Positions 1-7,916 are shown, counted from the first letter of the stretch. The stretch is DNA of 18,613 nt from Octopus sinensis (GCF_006345805.1 NW_021824813.1:1-18613); one strand, 5' to 3'. Notes: generated by a model not told the origin, from the sequence alone. A program made the numbers and translations.

Positions 1-1120
1 GACGTCTGTGTTTAGTTAAGCCACTATTTTGTGAGAATGATTTACCACAGATATCACAGTGATATGGTCTCTCTACTGAATGAAGACGTCTGTGTTTAGT
101 TAAGTTACTATTTTGTGAGAATGATTTACAACAGATATCACAGTGATACGGTCTTTCGCCTGAGTGAAAACGTTTGTGTTTAGTTAAGCCACTATTATCA
201 GGGAATGATATACCACAGATATCACAATGATAAGGTTTCTCTCCTGTATGAATACGTTTATGTCTAGTTACGTCATTATTGCGGATGAAAGATTTACCAC
301 AGATATCACAATGATATGGCTTCTCTCCTGTATGAATACGTTTGTGTTTAGTTAATTTACCATTTTCAAAGAAAGATTTACCACAGATATCACAATGATA
401 TGGCTTCTCTCCTGTATGAATATGCCTGTGTGCAGTTAATTTACCATTTTCAAAGAAAGATTTACCACAGATATCACAGTGATATGGCTTCTCCCCAGTA
501 GGAATACGAATGTGCTTATTTAAGTCAGAATTTTGAGAAAATGATTTGTCACAGACATTACAGTGATATGGCTTCTCTCCTGTATGAATACATTTGTGTT
601 TAGTTACGTTATGATTGCGGATGAAAGATTTACCACAGATATCACAGTGATATGGTTTCTCTCCTGTATGAATACGTATGTGTATTGTTAGGGCAGTACT
701 TCCAGAGAAAGATTTACCACAGATATCACAGTGATATGGCTTTCCCCCTGTATGGATACGTTTATGTCTAGTTACGTCATTATTACGGATGAAAGATTTA
801 CCACAGATATCACAGTCATATGGCTTCTCCCCAGTATGAATACGTAAGTGTATTGTTAGGGCAGAACTTCCAGAGAATGATTTACCACAGATATCACTGT
901 GATATGGCTTTTCCTCAGTATGAATACGTAAGTGTATTGTTAGGGCAGAACTTCCAGAGAATGATTTACCACAGATATCACTGTGATATGGCTTTTCCCC
1001 TGTATGGATACGTTTGTGAGTAATTAATTGACTATTTGCAGAGAATGATTGACCACAGACATCACAGTGATACGGTCTCTCTCCTCTATCTATTTCTATA
1101 ATCTTCTCACTCTTTTCCAT
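1..1120 (-). CDS. C2H2 zinc-finger protein ZNF-A, 3' end outside window; 12 full-length finger repeats (3 with a lost Zn ligand) plus 1 partial
   Basis: Manual translation of the minus strand from ATG 1120 gives [44 protein letters not shown]... and stays open to base 1 (373 codons). It has an 84-bp periodicity with TGEKP-type linkers. Confidence 0.92.
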   Translation of the reverse strand, partial: MEKSEKIIEIDRGERPYHCDVCGQSFSANSQLITHKRIHTGEKPYHSDICGKSFSGSSALTIHLRIHTEEKPYHSDICGKSFSGSSALTIHLRIHTGEKPYDCDICGKSFIRNNDVTRHKRIHTGGKPYHCDICGKSFSGSTALTIHIRIHTGEKPYHCDICGKSFIRNHNVTKHKCIHTGEKPYHCNVCDKSFSQNSDLNKHIRIPTGEKPYHCDICGKSFFENGKLTAHRHIHTGEKPYHCDICGKSFFENGKLTKHKRIHTGEKPYHCDICGKSFIRNNDVTRHKRIHTGEKPYHCDICGISFPDNSGLTKHKRFHSGERPYHCDICCKSFSQNSNLTKHRRLHSVERPYHCDICGKSFSQNSGLTKHRR

Positions 1121-1459
1121 TATTATTTCTCTCAAATCACAATGTAAATATACTTTTCTTGTTTTTCTTCTTATCGTTTAATTTCACAAATACTTCCACT
1201 CCTGATTTTCTCTCCATTGTTTCCCTGCTCTAATAACATTTATGTAAACGTATCCAAGCACACAAACTCATCTTCTCGGCACTGCAGACAGTGATGTGCA
1301 AAACTTTGCTAATCACATCAGATTAGAACAAATATTTCACAGAAATTCACAGCATATATATAGAAAGTGTTATAGAATTTGTATAGAATTTTCTTTCAGT
1401 TTCAAAAGATGATAAATACTGAGAATAGATCTTCTGTTATTCCAATGTCATCCGATATT
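1121..1459 (-). other. Putative 5' UTR part of the ZNF-A coding exon (splice acceptor at 1461-1460)
   Basis: Minus strand reads GTTGTTTCTTTATTAGTTCAG|AATATC, a pyrimidine tract plus CAG. It is nearly identical to the acceptor at 9541-9561 upstream of ZNF-B. Confidence 0.55.
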
Positions 1460-1720
1460 CTGAACTAATAAAGAAACAACAGTGTAAGATAAAGAAGCTG
1501 CTTTCAAAATACAGATTCAACAGTGGAAAATTGACAACATTTCTACAGAGATAAACTTTAGAAATAAGCATTTACCTGAACAACTGAACTTTTTAATGTA
1601 TTAAAATTTACATCCCAGAATCTTGTGTGTAGCTTACATATTTGTAAACCACAGCTACACCTTCACATTGTGTAAGATTATTTAGATTAAACTGCAGAAG
1701 AGCAGGGAATAACATCCATA

Positions 1721-1912
1721 GCTAGAAATAGCAGCCAAATCTCGCACAAAACAAAGACATCTCTCTTTACATTGCTAGAAATAGTAGCCAAATCTCGCCC
1801 AAAACAAAGACATCTCTCTTACATTGCCAGAAATAGCAGCCAAATCTCGGACAAATCATAAACATCTCTCTTCCATTGCTAGAAATAGCAGCCAAATCTC
1901 GTACAAATCATG
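1721..1912. repeat. Tandem repeat, 52-53-bp unit, about 3.6 copies
   Basis: Units start GCTAGAAATAGCAGCCAAATCTCG (with variants) at 1721, 1774, 1826 and 1878. Confidence 0.9.
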
Positions 1913-1916
1913 GATA

Positions 1917-2116
1917 GGTACTACTTAAGAAGAGTGGTCCCGGTGCAGGCACTCGCGCTAGCTAGTCGTGACTAGTCGATCCTTACTTTGTGTTTTATTT
2001 CCTTTGTTTAAAAAAAAATTATTTATTTACTTTGCCATGTAGTTCGTAGGATCGACTAGTCACGTGTAGCTAGCGTGGATGCGCGCGCACCGGGACCCCT
2101 GTTCGCTAGTAGTACC
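1917..2116. mobile_element. 200-bp MITE-like foldback element
   Basis: GGTACTACT (1917) and AGTAGTACC (2116) are terminal inverted repeats. Inner arms 1935-1984 and 2048-2099 are inverted copies around an AT-rich spacer. No clear TSD. Confidence 0.7.
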
Positions 2117-2194
2117 GACTATACACTGAATTTTATGGAATTCATAAAAGACATTTCTGAAGTGGTGAATTAAGCAGTATAATACTGTCTAATG

Positions 2195-2400
2195 GATTTT
2201 CTCTTAAACTGTGATTGCGCCTGCAAGCCGGACGTTTTCACATCATTCCTTCGGACGTTCCTTTCCTCGGTGTCAGGAACGTCCAGTCGTTGTAGCACTC
2301 GGATGAATTTCGTATTCGTCCCACAGACGCAAGGAATTCCATAATCGATGTCATGCTATTTGTTATGACTCGAATCTCACTAAGAATAGAGTTTCTTTGT
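2195..2400 (-). pseudogene. Possible relic of a Merlin (IS1016/ISXO2-like) transposase N-terminus
   Basis: Reading through the ORF stop gives SIMEFLASVGRIRNSSECYNDWTFLTPRKGTSEGMM*KRPACRRNHSLREN. This resembles the FL..xG.. C..DG..WxCxxC..S(I/L)R pattern I recall for Merlin N-termini; TGA and CGT are each one change from W and C. No DDE core visible. Confidence 0.45.
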
Positions 2401-2528
2401 GTGAAGTCACCAACAGCAATGACCGAATCAACTATCTGACACCGATTTCCCATTCGGAAATCTAATGCAGAAATAATTCTAGAAATAGCAGCCAAGGATC
2501 TTTTCCTTTTGAACGGCACTTTGTAACA

Positions 2529-2634
2529 TAATTTCTAGGTAACTAAACACTTTCAAACTTCGTATACTGGTAGAATGTGTTTATAAAACATCATTTTCTC
2601 TTGGCTTTATTGAGAAAATTCTATAGTTTGTAAG
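2529..2634 (-). repeat. Dispersed repeat, inverted copy of 16628-16734
   Basis: TAACTAAACACTTT.AAACTTCGTATACTGGTAGAATGTGTTTATAAAACA...GTTTGTAAG is the reverse complement of 16628-16734. Confidence 0.85.
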
Positions 2635-2664
2635 ATATTTCGTATGAAATTTCGAGCATTTCGG

Positions 2665-2805
2665 CAAATCTCGAACAGATCGTGAACGTTTCTCATCCGC
2701 AGCTAGAAATAGCAGCCAAATCTCGAACAGATCGTGAACGTCTCTCATCCGCAGCTAGAAATAGCAGCCAAATCCCGCACAAATCAAAGATGTCTCTCTT
2801 CCATA
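2665..2805. repeat. Second 52-bp tandem array, related to 1721-1912
   Basis: GCTAGAAATAGCAGCCAAAT occurs at 2702 and 2754. The last partial unit matches the 1721-array unit. Confidence 0.85.
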
Positions 2806-3048
2806 AAACACAGAAGAGACAAAAAAAACCAAACAAACGATCGTCTACAGATTTAAAAACATTGAATATTTTCCGAGTTTAATACTTAGGGAAATCTTCT
2901 TCTTTATAAAGGATGAAGTTGTTGTAAGTGTGTGTGTGGTGGTTGAGCCATGTCATTATAAATGTGTAATTGTAAATATTACAAAATATTGATGACAAGA
3001 ACACTTTTCAGCTGATGACGGAAACGGAAGTATGATTGTGCGCATGCA

Positions 3049-3221
3049 GTATTTCGTCTGTCTGTTTTGAGTTCAAATCCCGCCAAGGACGACTTTTCCT
3101 TTCATCCTTTCGGAGTCGATACATTAAATACAAGTTGTGTACGGTGATCGATCTAATCGACTGCCCCCCCCCCCACCAAAAAAAAGAAAATTTCGGGCCT
3201 TGTGCCTAGAGTAGAAAAGAA
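3049..3221 (+). mobile_element. 5'-truncated SINE (same family as 8983-9338)
   Basis: GTATTTCGTC..GAGTTCAAATCCC (B-box-like), then TTTCCTTTCATCCTTTCGG.GTCGAT...AATCGACT...GGCCTTGTGCC, shared with 9150-9338 and 16775-16900. Confidence 0.75.
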
Positions 3222-3488
3222 GGAAAGACTTCCCCCCGTATCTACCTCCATTTTCTCCCCTTTTTTTCCTTATTTTTTTGCCAAAAACCCCCGTTTTCGG
3301 ATAAGGAAATTCTGGAAAATTGCCAATAATTGGCATTCATAAATTTCGCACCCCCTTCCCGCATTTCTTAATTTTTCCTTTTTTTCCATAACCCTAGATA
3401 CGTGTATATTGGTATACAGATATTTAGATATGGAGATATATAGATTATATATTGTATCTATATATAATGATGCATCAGTATTGTTTTA

Positions 3489-3602
3489 TATGTGTGTGTG
3501 TATGTGTCTATGTATCTATGCATGTCTATATGTATGTATGTGTGTATGTATGTATGTATGTTGTATGTATGTATGTATGTATGTATGTGTGTGTGTATGT
3601 AT
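3489..3602. repeat. Compound (TG)n/(TATG)n microsatellite
   Basis: Direct reading. Confidence 0.9.
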
Positions 3603-3660
3603 AGGTTCGTTTATAGAAATACATAAACCCGAAGGAGAACCGCGCTCTAAGTTAATAGTA

Positions 3661-3859
3661 TAGTGGGGTAGGCTGGTTTATAAGGTTACCCTGGGTTTCT
3701 CGCTCATAAGGGATTTAACCTTATGGCGTATCTTCAGACCCCAAATACAGCTGGCCTGAGACCTCTTTAAGTTATTCTGGGGCCTGAAGATACGCCGTGA
3801 GGCTAAGCTCTTTATGAGCGAGAAAGCGAGTGTACCCCATAAAACGGCCTGTCCCACTA
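3661..3859. mobile_element. ~200-bp self-inverted element made of two HHR-like halves (copy 1)
   Basis: TAGTGGGGTAGGC...GGCCTGTCCCACTA termini. The two halves are diverged inverted homologues. A copy about 95% identical lies inverted at 4221-4420. Confidence 0.8.
3681..3743 (-). ncRNA. Type I hammerhead ribozyme motif (GUA site, cut 3687/3686)
   Basis: Minus strand: UGGGGU-CUGAAGA-UACGC-CAUAAGG-UUAAAUC-CCUUAUG-AGCGA-GAA-ACCCAGGGU-A-ACCUUA. Stem I is 6 bp (2 GU), stem II has a perfect 7-bp helix plus CGC/GCG, and stem III is near-palindromic. Confidence 0.7.
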
Positions 3860-3905
3860 TTTATATATATATATACATACATACAGACAGACATGAATAT
3901 GTACG

Positions 3906-3956
<51 letters not shown>

Positions 3957-3971
3957 ATAATATATATATAT

Positions 3972-4420
3972 ATAATAATAAATATTAAGGAATAAATCCA
4001 AATTTACAGGGAAAAATCAGATTTAGGATTGAATCCAATTTTATAGTAAAATATTATATTATATTAGAGACAAAACCACTATTATGCAAATCAAACAAAG
4101 AAAGACTTAAGCCAATACATAAAATAATTTATATAAATTAAAATTTAACAATTATAAATAACCACAATAATATACGTACATATTCATGTCTGTCTGTATG
4201 TATGTATATATATATATAAATAGTGGGACAGGCCGTTTTATGGGGTACACTCGCTTTTCTCGCTCATAAAGGGCTTAGCCTCACGGCGTATCTTCAGGCC
4301 TCAGAATAACTTAAAGAGGTCTCAGGCCAGCTGTGTTTGGGGTCTAAAGATACGCCGTAAGGTTAAAACCCTTATGAGCGAGAAACCCAGGGTAGACTTA
4401 TAAACCAGCCTACCCCACTA
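3972..4420. mobile_element. Composite non-autonomous element: AT-rich tail, linker, and inverted copy 2 of the double-HHR unit (4221-4420)
   Basis: 4170-4420 is the reverse complement of 3661-3910. 4049-4154 is the reverse complement of 4424-4529. The plus-strand HHR at 4338-4400 has CUAAAGA (G5 to A). Confidence 0.7.
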
Positions 4421-4972
4421 TAATAATTGTTAAATTTTAATTTATATAAATTATTTTATGTATTGGCTTAAGTCTTTCTTTGTTTGATTTGCATAATAGT
4501 GGTTTTGTCTCTAATATAATATAATATATATATATATATACATTATATATTATATATATATATATATAAATTATATATATATATTATATATTATATATAT
4601 ATATATATAAATTTTTTAAATTTTCACCTAATTCTGAATTAATATTACTTGGCGGTGTGAGTGTGAGTTATGGCTGCTCTTTCTGGTGGACGAGTGACCT
4701 GTTGGGGTCACTCCTAAATCGTTATATTTATATATTTAGTCGATGACTATTTTCTCTTTTTCACCAGGCCGCTGGTTGCGATAAATTTCTATTGAATTTT
4801 TTTGCTACCCTAAATTGACTAATTGATAATTTTCTGAATAATTCTGAGATTGAATCGGCAGTGTATATTTACTGTTGATAAGTTTGGCGCGAATACGTCA
4901 GTCTTGAAAATTTTAAGTCAGATATCCCGTAGGCTTCGATACAGACGCCTCGTGTATATTTGTCTCTCCCAG

Positions 4973-5075
4973 GTCTTTACTGATGAAGTGTAACCTATGG
5001 TAGATTGGCTTAATTTAATTTAATTAAGCTAATTTAATCATTAATGACACAGAAACGTTGCAACGTCTAAAAGAT
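4973..5075 (+). ncRNA. Type I hammerhead ribozyme, unit 1 (GUC, cut 5067/5068)
   Basis: GUCUUUA / CUGAUGA (4980-4986) / long stem II (GUGU:ACAC plus a 15-bp helix) / GAA / palindromic stem III ACGUUGCAACGU (5055-5066) / C17 / UAAAAGAU closing stem I with one bulged A. Confidence 0.85.
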
Positions 5076-5445
5076 GAATTAGGGTAAATGTTTTTAAATT
5101 TTCACCTAATTTCTGAATTAATATTACTTGGCGGTGTGAGTTATGGCTGCTCTTTCTGGTGGACGAGTGACCTGTTGGGGTCACTCCTAAATCGTTATAT
5201 TTATATATTTAGTCGATGACTATTTTCTCTTTTTCACCAGGCCGCTGGTTGCGATAAATTTCTATTGAATTTTTTTGCTACCCTAAATTGACTAATTGAT
5301 AATTTTCTGAATAATTCTGAGATTGAATCGGCAGTGTATATTTACTGTTGATAAGTTTGGCGCGAATACGTCAGTCTTGAAAATTTTAAGTCAGATATCC
5401 AGTAGGCTTCGATACAGACGCCTCGTGTATATTTGTCTCTCCCAG

Positions 5446-5548
5446 GTCTTTACTGATGAAGTGTAACCTATGGTAGATTGGCTTAATTTAATTTAATTAA
5501 GCTAATTTAATCATTAATGACACAGAAACGTTGCAACGTCTAAAAGAT
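5446..5548 (+). ncRNA. Type I hammerhead ribozyme, unit 2 (cut 5540/5541)
   Basis: Same sequence as unit 1; CTGATGA at 5453-5459. Confidence 0.85.
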
Positions 5549-6131
5549 GAATTAGGGTAAATGTTTTTAAATTTTCACCTAATTTCTGAATTAATATTAC
5601 TTGGCGGTGTGAGTTATGGCTGCTCTTCTGGTGGACGAGTGACCTGTTGGGGTCACTCCTAAATCGTTATATATATATATATATATAATATATATATATA
5701 TATATACATTATATATTATATATATATATATATAATATATATATATATTATATATTAATATATATATATATAAATTTTTTAAATTTTCACCTAATTCTGA
5801 ATTAATATTACTTGGCGGTGTGAGTTATGGCTGCTCTTTCTGGTGGACGAGTGACCTGTTGGGGTCACTCCTAAATCGTTATATTTATATATTTAGTCGA
5901 TGACTATTTTCTCTTTTTCACCAGGCCGCTGGTTGCGATAAATTTCTATTGAATTTTTTTGCTACCCTAAATTGACTAATTGATAATTTTCTGAATAATT
6001 CTGAGATTGAATCGGCAGTGTATATTTACTGTTGATAAGTTTGGCGCGAATACGTCAGTCTTGAAAATTTTAAGTCAGATATCCCGTAGGCTTCGATACA
6101 GACGCCTCGTGTATATTTTTGTCTCTCCCAG

Positions 6132-6232
6132 GTCTTACTGATGAAGTGTAACCTATGGTAGATTGGCTTAATTTAATTAATTAAGCTAATTTAATCATTA
6201 ATGACACAGAAACGTTGCAACGTCTAAAAGAT
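6132..6232 (+). ncRNA. Type I hammerhead ribozyme, unit 3 (cut 6224/6225)
   Basis: CTGATGA at 6138-6144, GAAACGTTGCAACGTC at 6209-6224. The stem I 5' strand is one U shorter. Confidence 0.8.
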
Positions 6233-6603
6233 GAATTAGGGTAAATGTTTTTAAATTTTCACCTAATTTCTGAATTAATATTACTTGGCGGTGTGAGTGT
6301 ATGAGTTATGCTGCTTTCTGGTGGACGAGTGACCTGTTGGGGTCACTCCTAAATCGTTATATTTATATATTTAGTCGATGACTATTTTCTCTTTTTCACC
6401 AGGCCGCTGGTTGCGATAAATTTCTATTGAATTTTTTTGCTACCCTAAATTGACTAATTGATAATTTTCTGAATAATTCTGAGATTGAATCGGCAGTGTA
6501 TATTTACTGTTGAAGTTTGGCGCGAATACGTCAGTCTTGAAAATTTTAAGTCAGATATCCGTAGGCTTCGATACAGACGCCTCGTGTATATTTTCTCTCC
6601 CAG

Positions 6604-6706
6604 GTCTTTACTGATGAAGTGTAACCTATGGTAGATTGGCTTAATTTAATTTAATTAAGCTAATTTAATCATTAATGACACAGAAACGTTGCAACGTCTA
6701 AAAGAT
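6604..6706 (+). ncRNA. Type I hammerhead ribozyme, unit 4 (cut 6698/6699)
   Basis: CTGATGA at 6611-6617, GAAACGTTGCAACGTC at 6683-6698. Confidence 0.85.
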
Positions 6707-6836
6707 GAATTAGGGTAAATGTTTTTAAATTTTCACCTAATTTCTGAATTAATATTACTTGGCGTGGTGTGAGTTATGGCTGCTCTTCTGGTGGACGAGT
6801 GACCTGTTGGGGTCACTCCTAAATCGTTATATATAT

Positions 6837-6878
<42 letters not shown>

Positions 6879-6937
6879 CATATATATATACACACGCATA
6901 TGCATACTACCCACATCATACCCCGTGTAAGGGAAGG

Positions 6938-7035
6938 AGTGAGAGTGGAAGTGGGAGTGGGAATAGAAGTGGAAGTGGGAGTGAGAATAGAAGTGGAAGT
7001 GGGAGGGGGAAAGCGCGTGTTAAGTGTCACGTGAC
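6938..7035 (+). promoter_or_regulatory. Candidate promoter of ZNF-B
   Basis: Three GGAAGT (ETS-type) sites exactly 24 bp apart (6947, 6971, 6995) in a purine-rich tract, and a perfect GTCACGTGAC E-box palindrome (7026-7035), 80 nt before a strong splice donor. Confidence 0.45.
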
Positions 7036-7115
7036 TTTCAGAGCAGACGACATCTTCTCAAAACTTGCAAAGATTTTCAAATGTCGACCGAGGAAAGAGG
7101 CAACAAATAATTAAG
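7036..7115 (+). other. Putative non-coding first exon of ZNF-B (donor GT at 7116-7117)
   Basis: AAG|GTAAGC donor. Contains a 9-codon uORF MSTEERGNK* (7081-7110). The 5' boundary is a guess. Confidence 0.45.
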
Positions 7116-7212
7116 GTAAGCCTTTTATTTTATTCTTCTTCTTTTCCAGAATTTCTCTGGTGCGTGATGGCTATCTTTGCGTTTATATATATATATATAT
7201 ATTTTTTTTTTT

Positions 7213-7289
7213 TCCCCTGACGAAGGAGGTATTATCTGAATGCACCCTAGTGCTTTACACATAATACACCCCTGAAATGGCCATAGGGA
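7213..7289 (+). ncRNA. Type I hammerhead ribozyme motif (AUA site, cut 7285/7286)
   Basis: UCCC / CUGACGA (7217-7223) / stem II AGGAG-GUAUUAU paired with AUAAUAC-A-CCCCU plus inner GCAC-CCUA-GUGC hairpin / GAA (7274) / palindromic stem III AUGGCCAU / A17 / GGGA closing stem I. Confidence 0.78.
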
Positions 7290-7802
7290 TAAGTAAACAT
7301 GATTTCCTTCTTATATATACGGCTTATTTTACCTGATTAAGATTTCTAAACGATGAACCTTATTTTACTTTATTTACACGATATATACATTTATATTATA
7401 TTTTTTATATGCTCCTATATGTATATATATCTATATATGTTTTATATATTTTATATACCTATATATTTTTATATATTACTTATATTATATTTTACTTTCT
7501 ACGTCCTTTTATAAATGTATTCTCTTTGAATCGCTAGAATATTAATTCTAGGTTTAATGATAAGAATTTTTCTCGCACCATACCATATTATTATTATTAC
7601 GTGCTGTACATATGAATTTTGTTCCATCTTGCGGGTTATATGTTTATTCTATAATTAAATGTTCGAATTATGAAATGACATGCGGTTGACTTTGTATTTG
7701 CTTGTTCAATGATTCTAGTTTGATATTTTGTCTCTTCCAATAGAGCACTTCTATTGCAGTCCTATTAAACCTTTTTTGTTCCTGACAAGAAACAATTATT
7801 GT

Positions 7803-7850
<48 letters not shown>

Positions 7851-7916
7851 ATACCGGAGTAAACACATAAATGTGAAACAAGGTGGAAAAAAGAGTACTC
7901 AAATACCAGTGGTATG

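Larger units (their letters stand above)
4608..5672 (+). repeat. Retrozyme-like tandem array block 1: two ~473-nt units plus a 115-nt partial, between (TA)n tracts
   Basis: Unit starts (TAAAT.TTTTTAAATTTTCACC) at 4608, 5085 and 5558. Units are nearly identical; differences are mostly small indels. Confidence 0.95.
5771..6832 (+). repeat. Retrozyme-like tandem array block 2: two units plus a partial, between (TA)n tracts
   Basis: Same start and end points as block 1, offset 1163 bp. Confidence 0.93.

Noticed and set aside
820-1023. Plus-strand 67-aa ORF with an internal repeat
   Set aside because: Antisense shadow of ZNF-A fingers. The same applies to the minus-strand ORF 9891-10103 over ZNF-B.
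1721-1912. Short regular repeats as a CRISPR-like array
   Set aside because: The sequence between the conserved cores is also homologous from unit to unit, so there are no unique spacers. Eukaryotic context with no cas genes.
3012-3036. CTGATGA-CG-GAAACGGAAGTA as a hammerhead
   Set aside because: Only 2 nt where stem II must be, and stem I does not pair in register.
3025-3048. CGGAAGT plus TGCGCATGCA (ETS/NRF1-like) as the ZNF-A promoter
   Set aside because: A similar motif pair occurs inverted at about 16920-16950 next to another SINE remnant, so it is probably repeat-borne. No convincing minus-strand donor was found downstream.
4640-4945. Pol III A/B boxes in the 473-nt unit (TGGCGGTGTGAG, GGCTTCGATAC)
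   Set aside because: Both are imperfect and about 290 bp apart, too far for a tRNA-type promoter.
7782-7803. CTGACAA-GAAACAATTATTGTA as a hammerhead
   Set aside because: Has a stem III-like palindrome but a broken core, no stem II and no stem I. At most a deleted relic.
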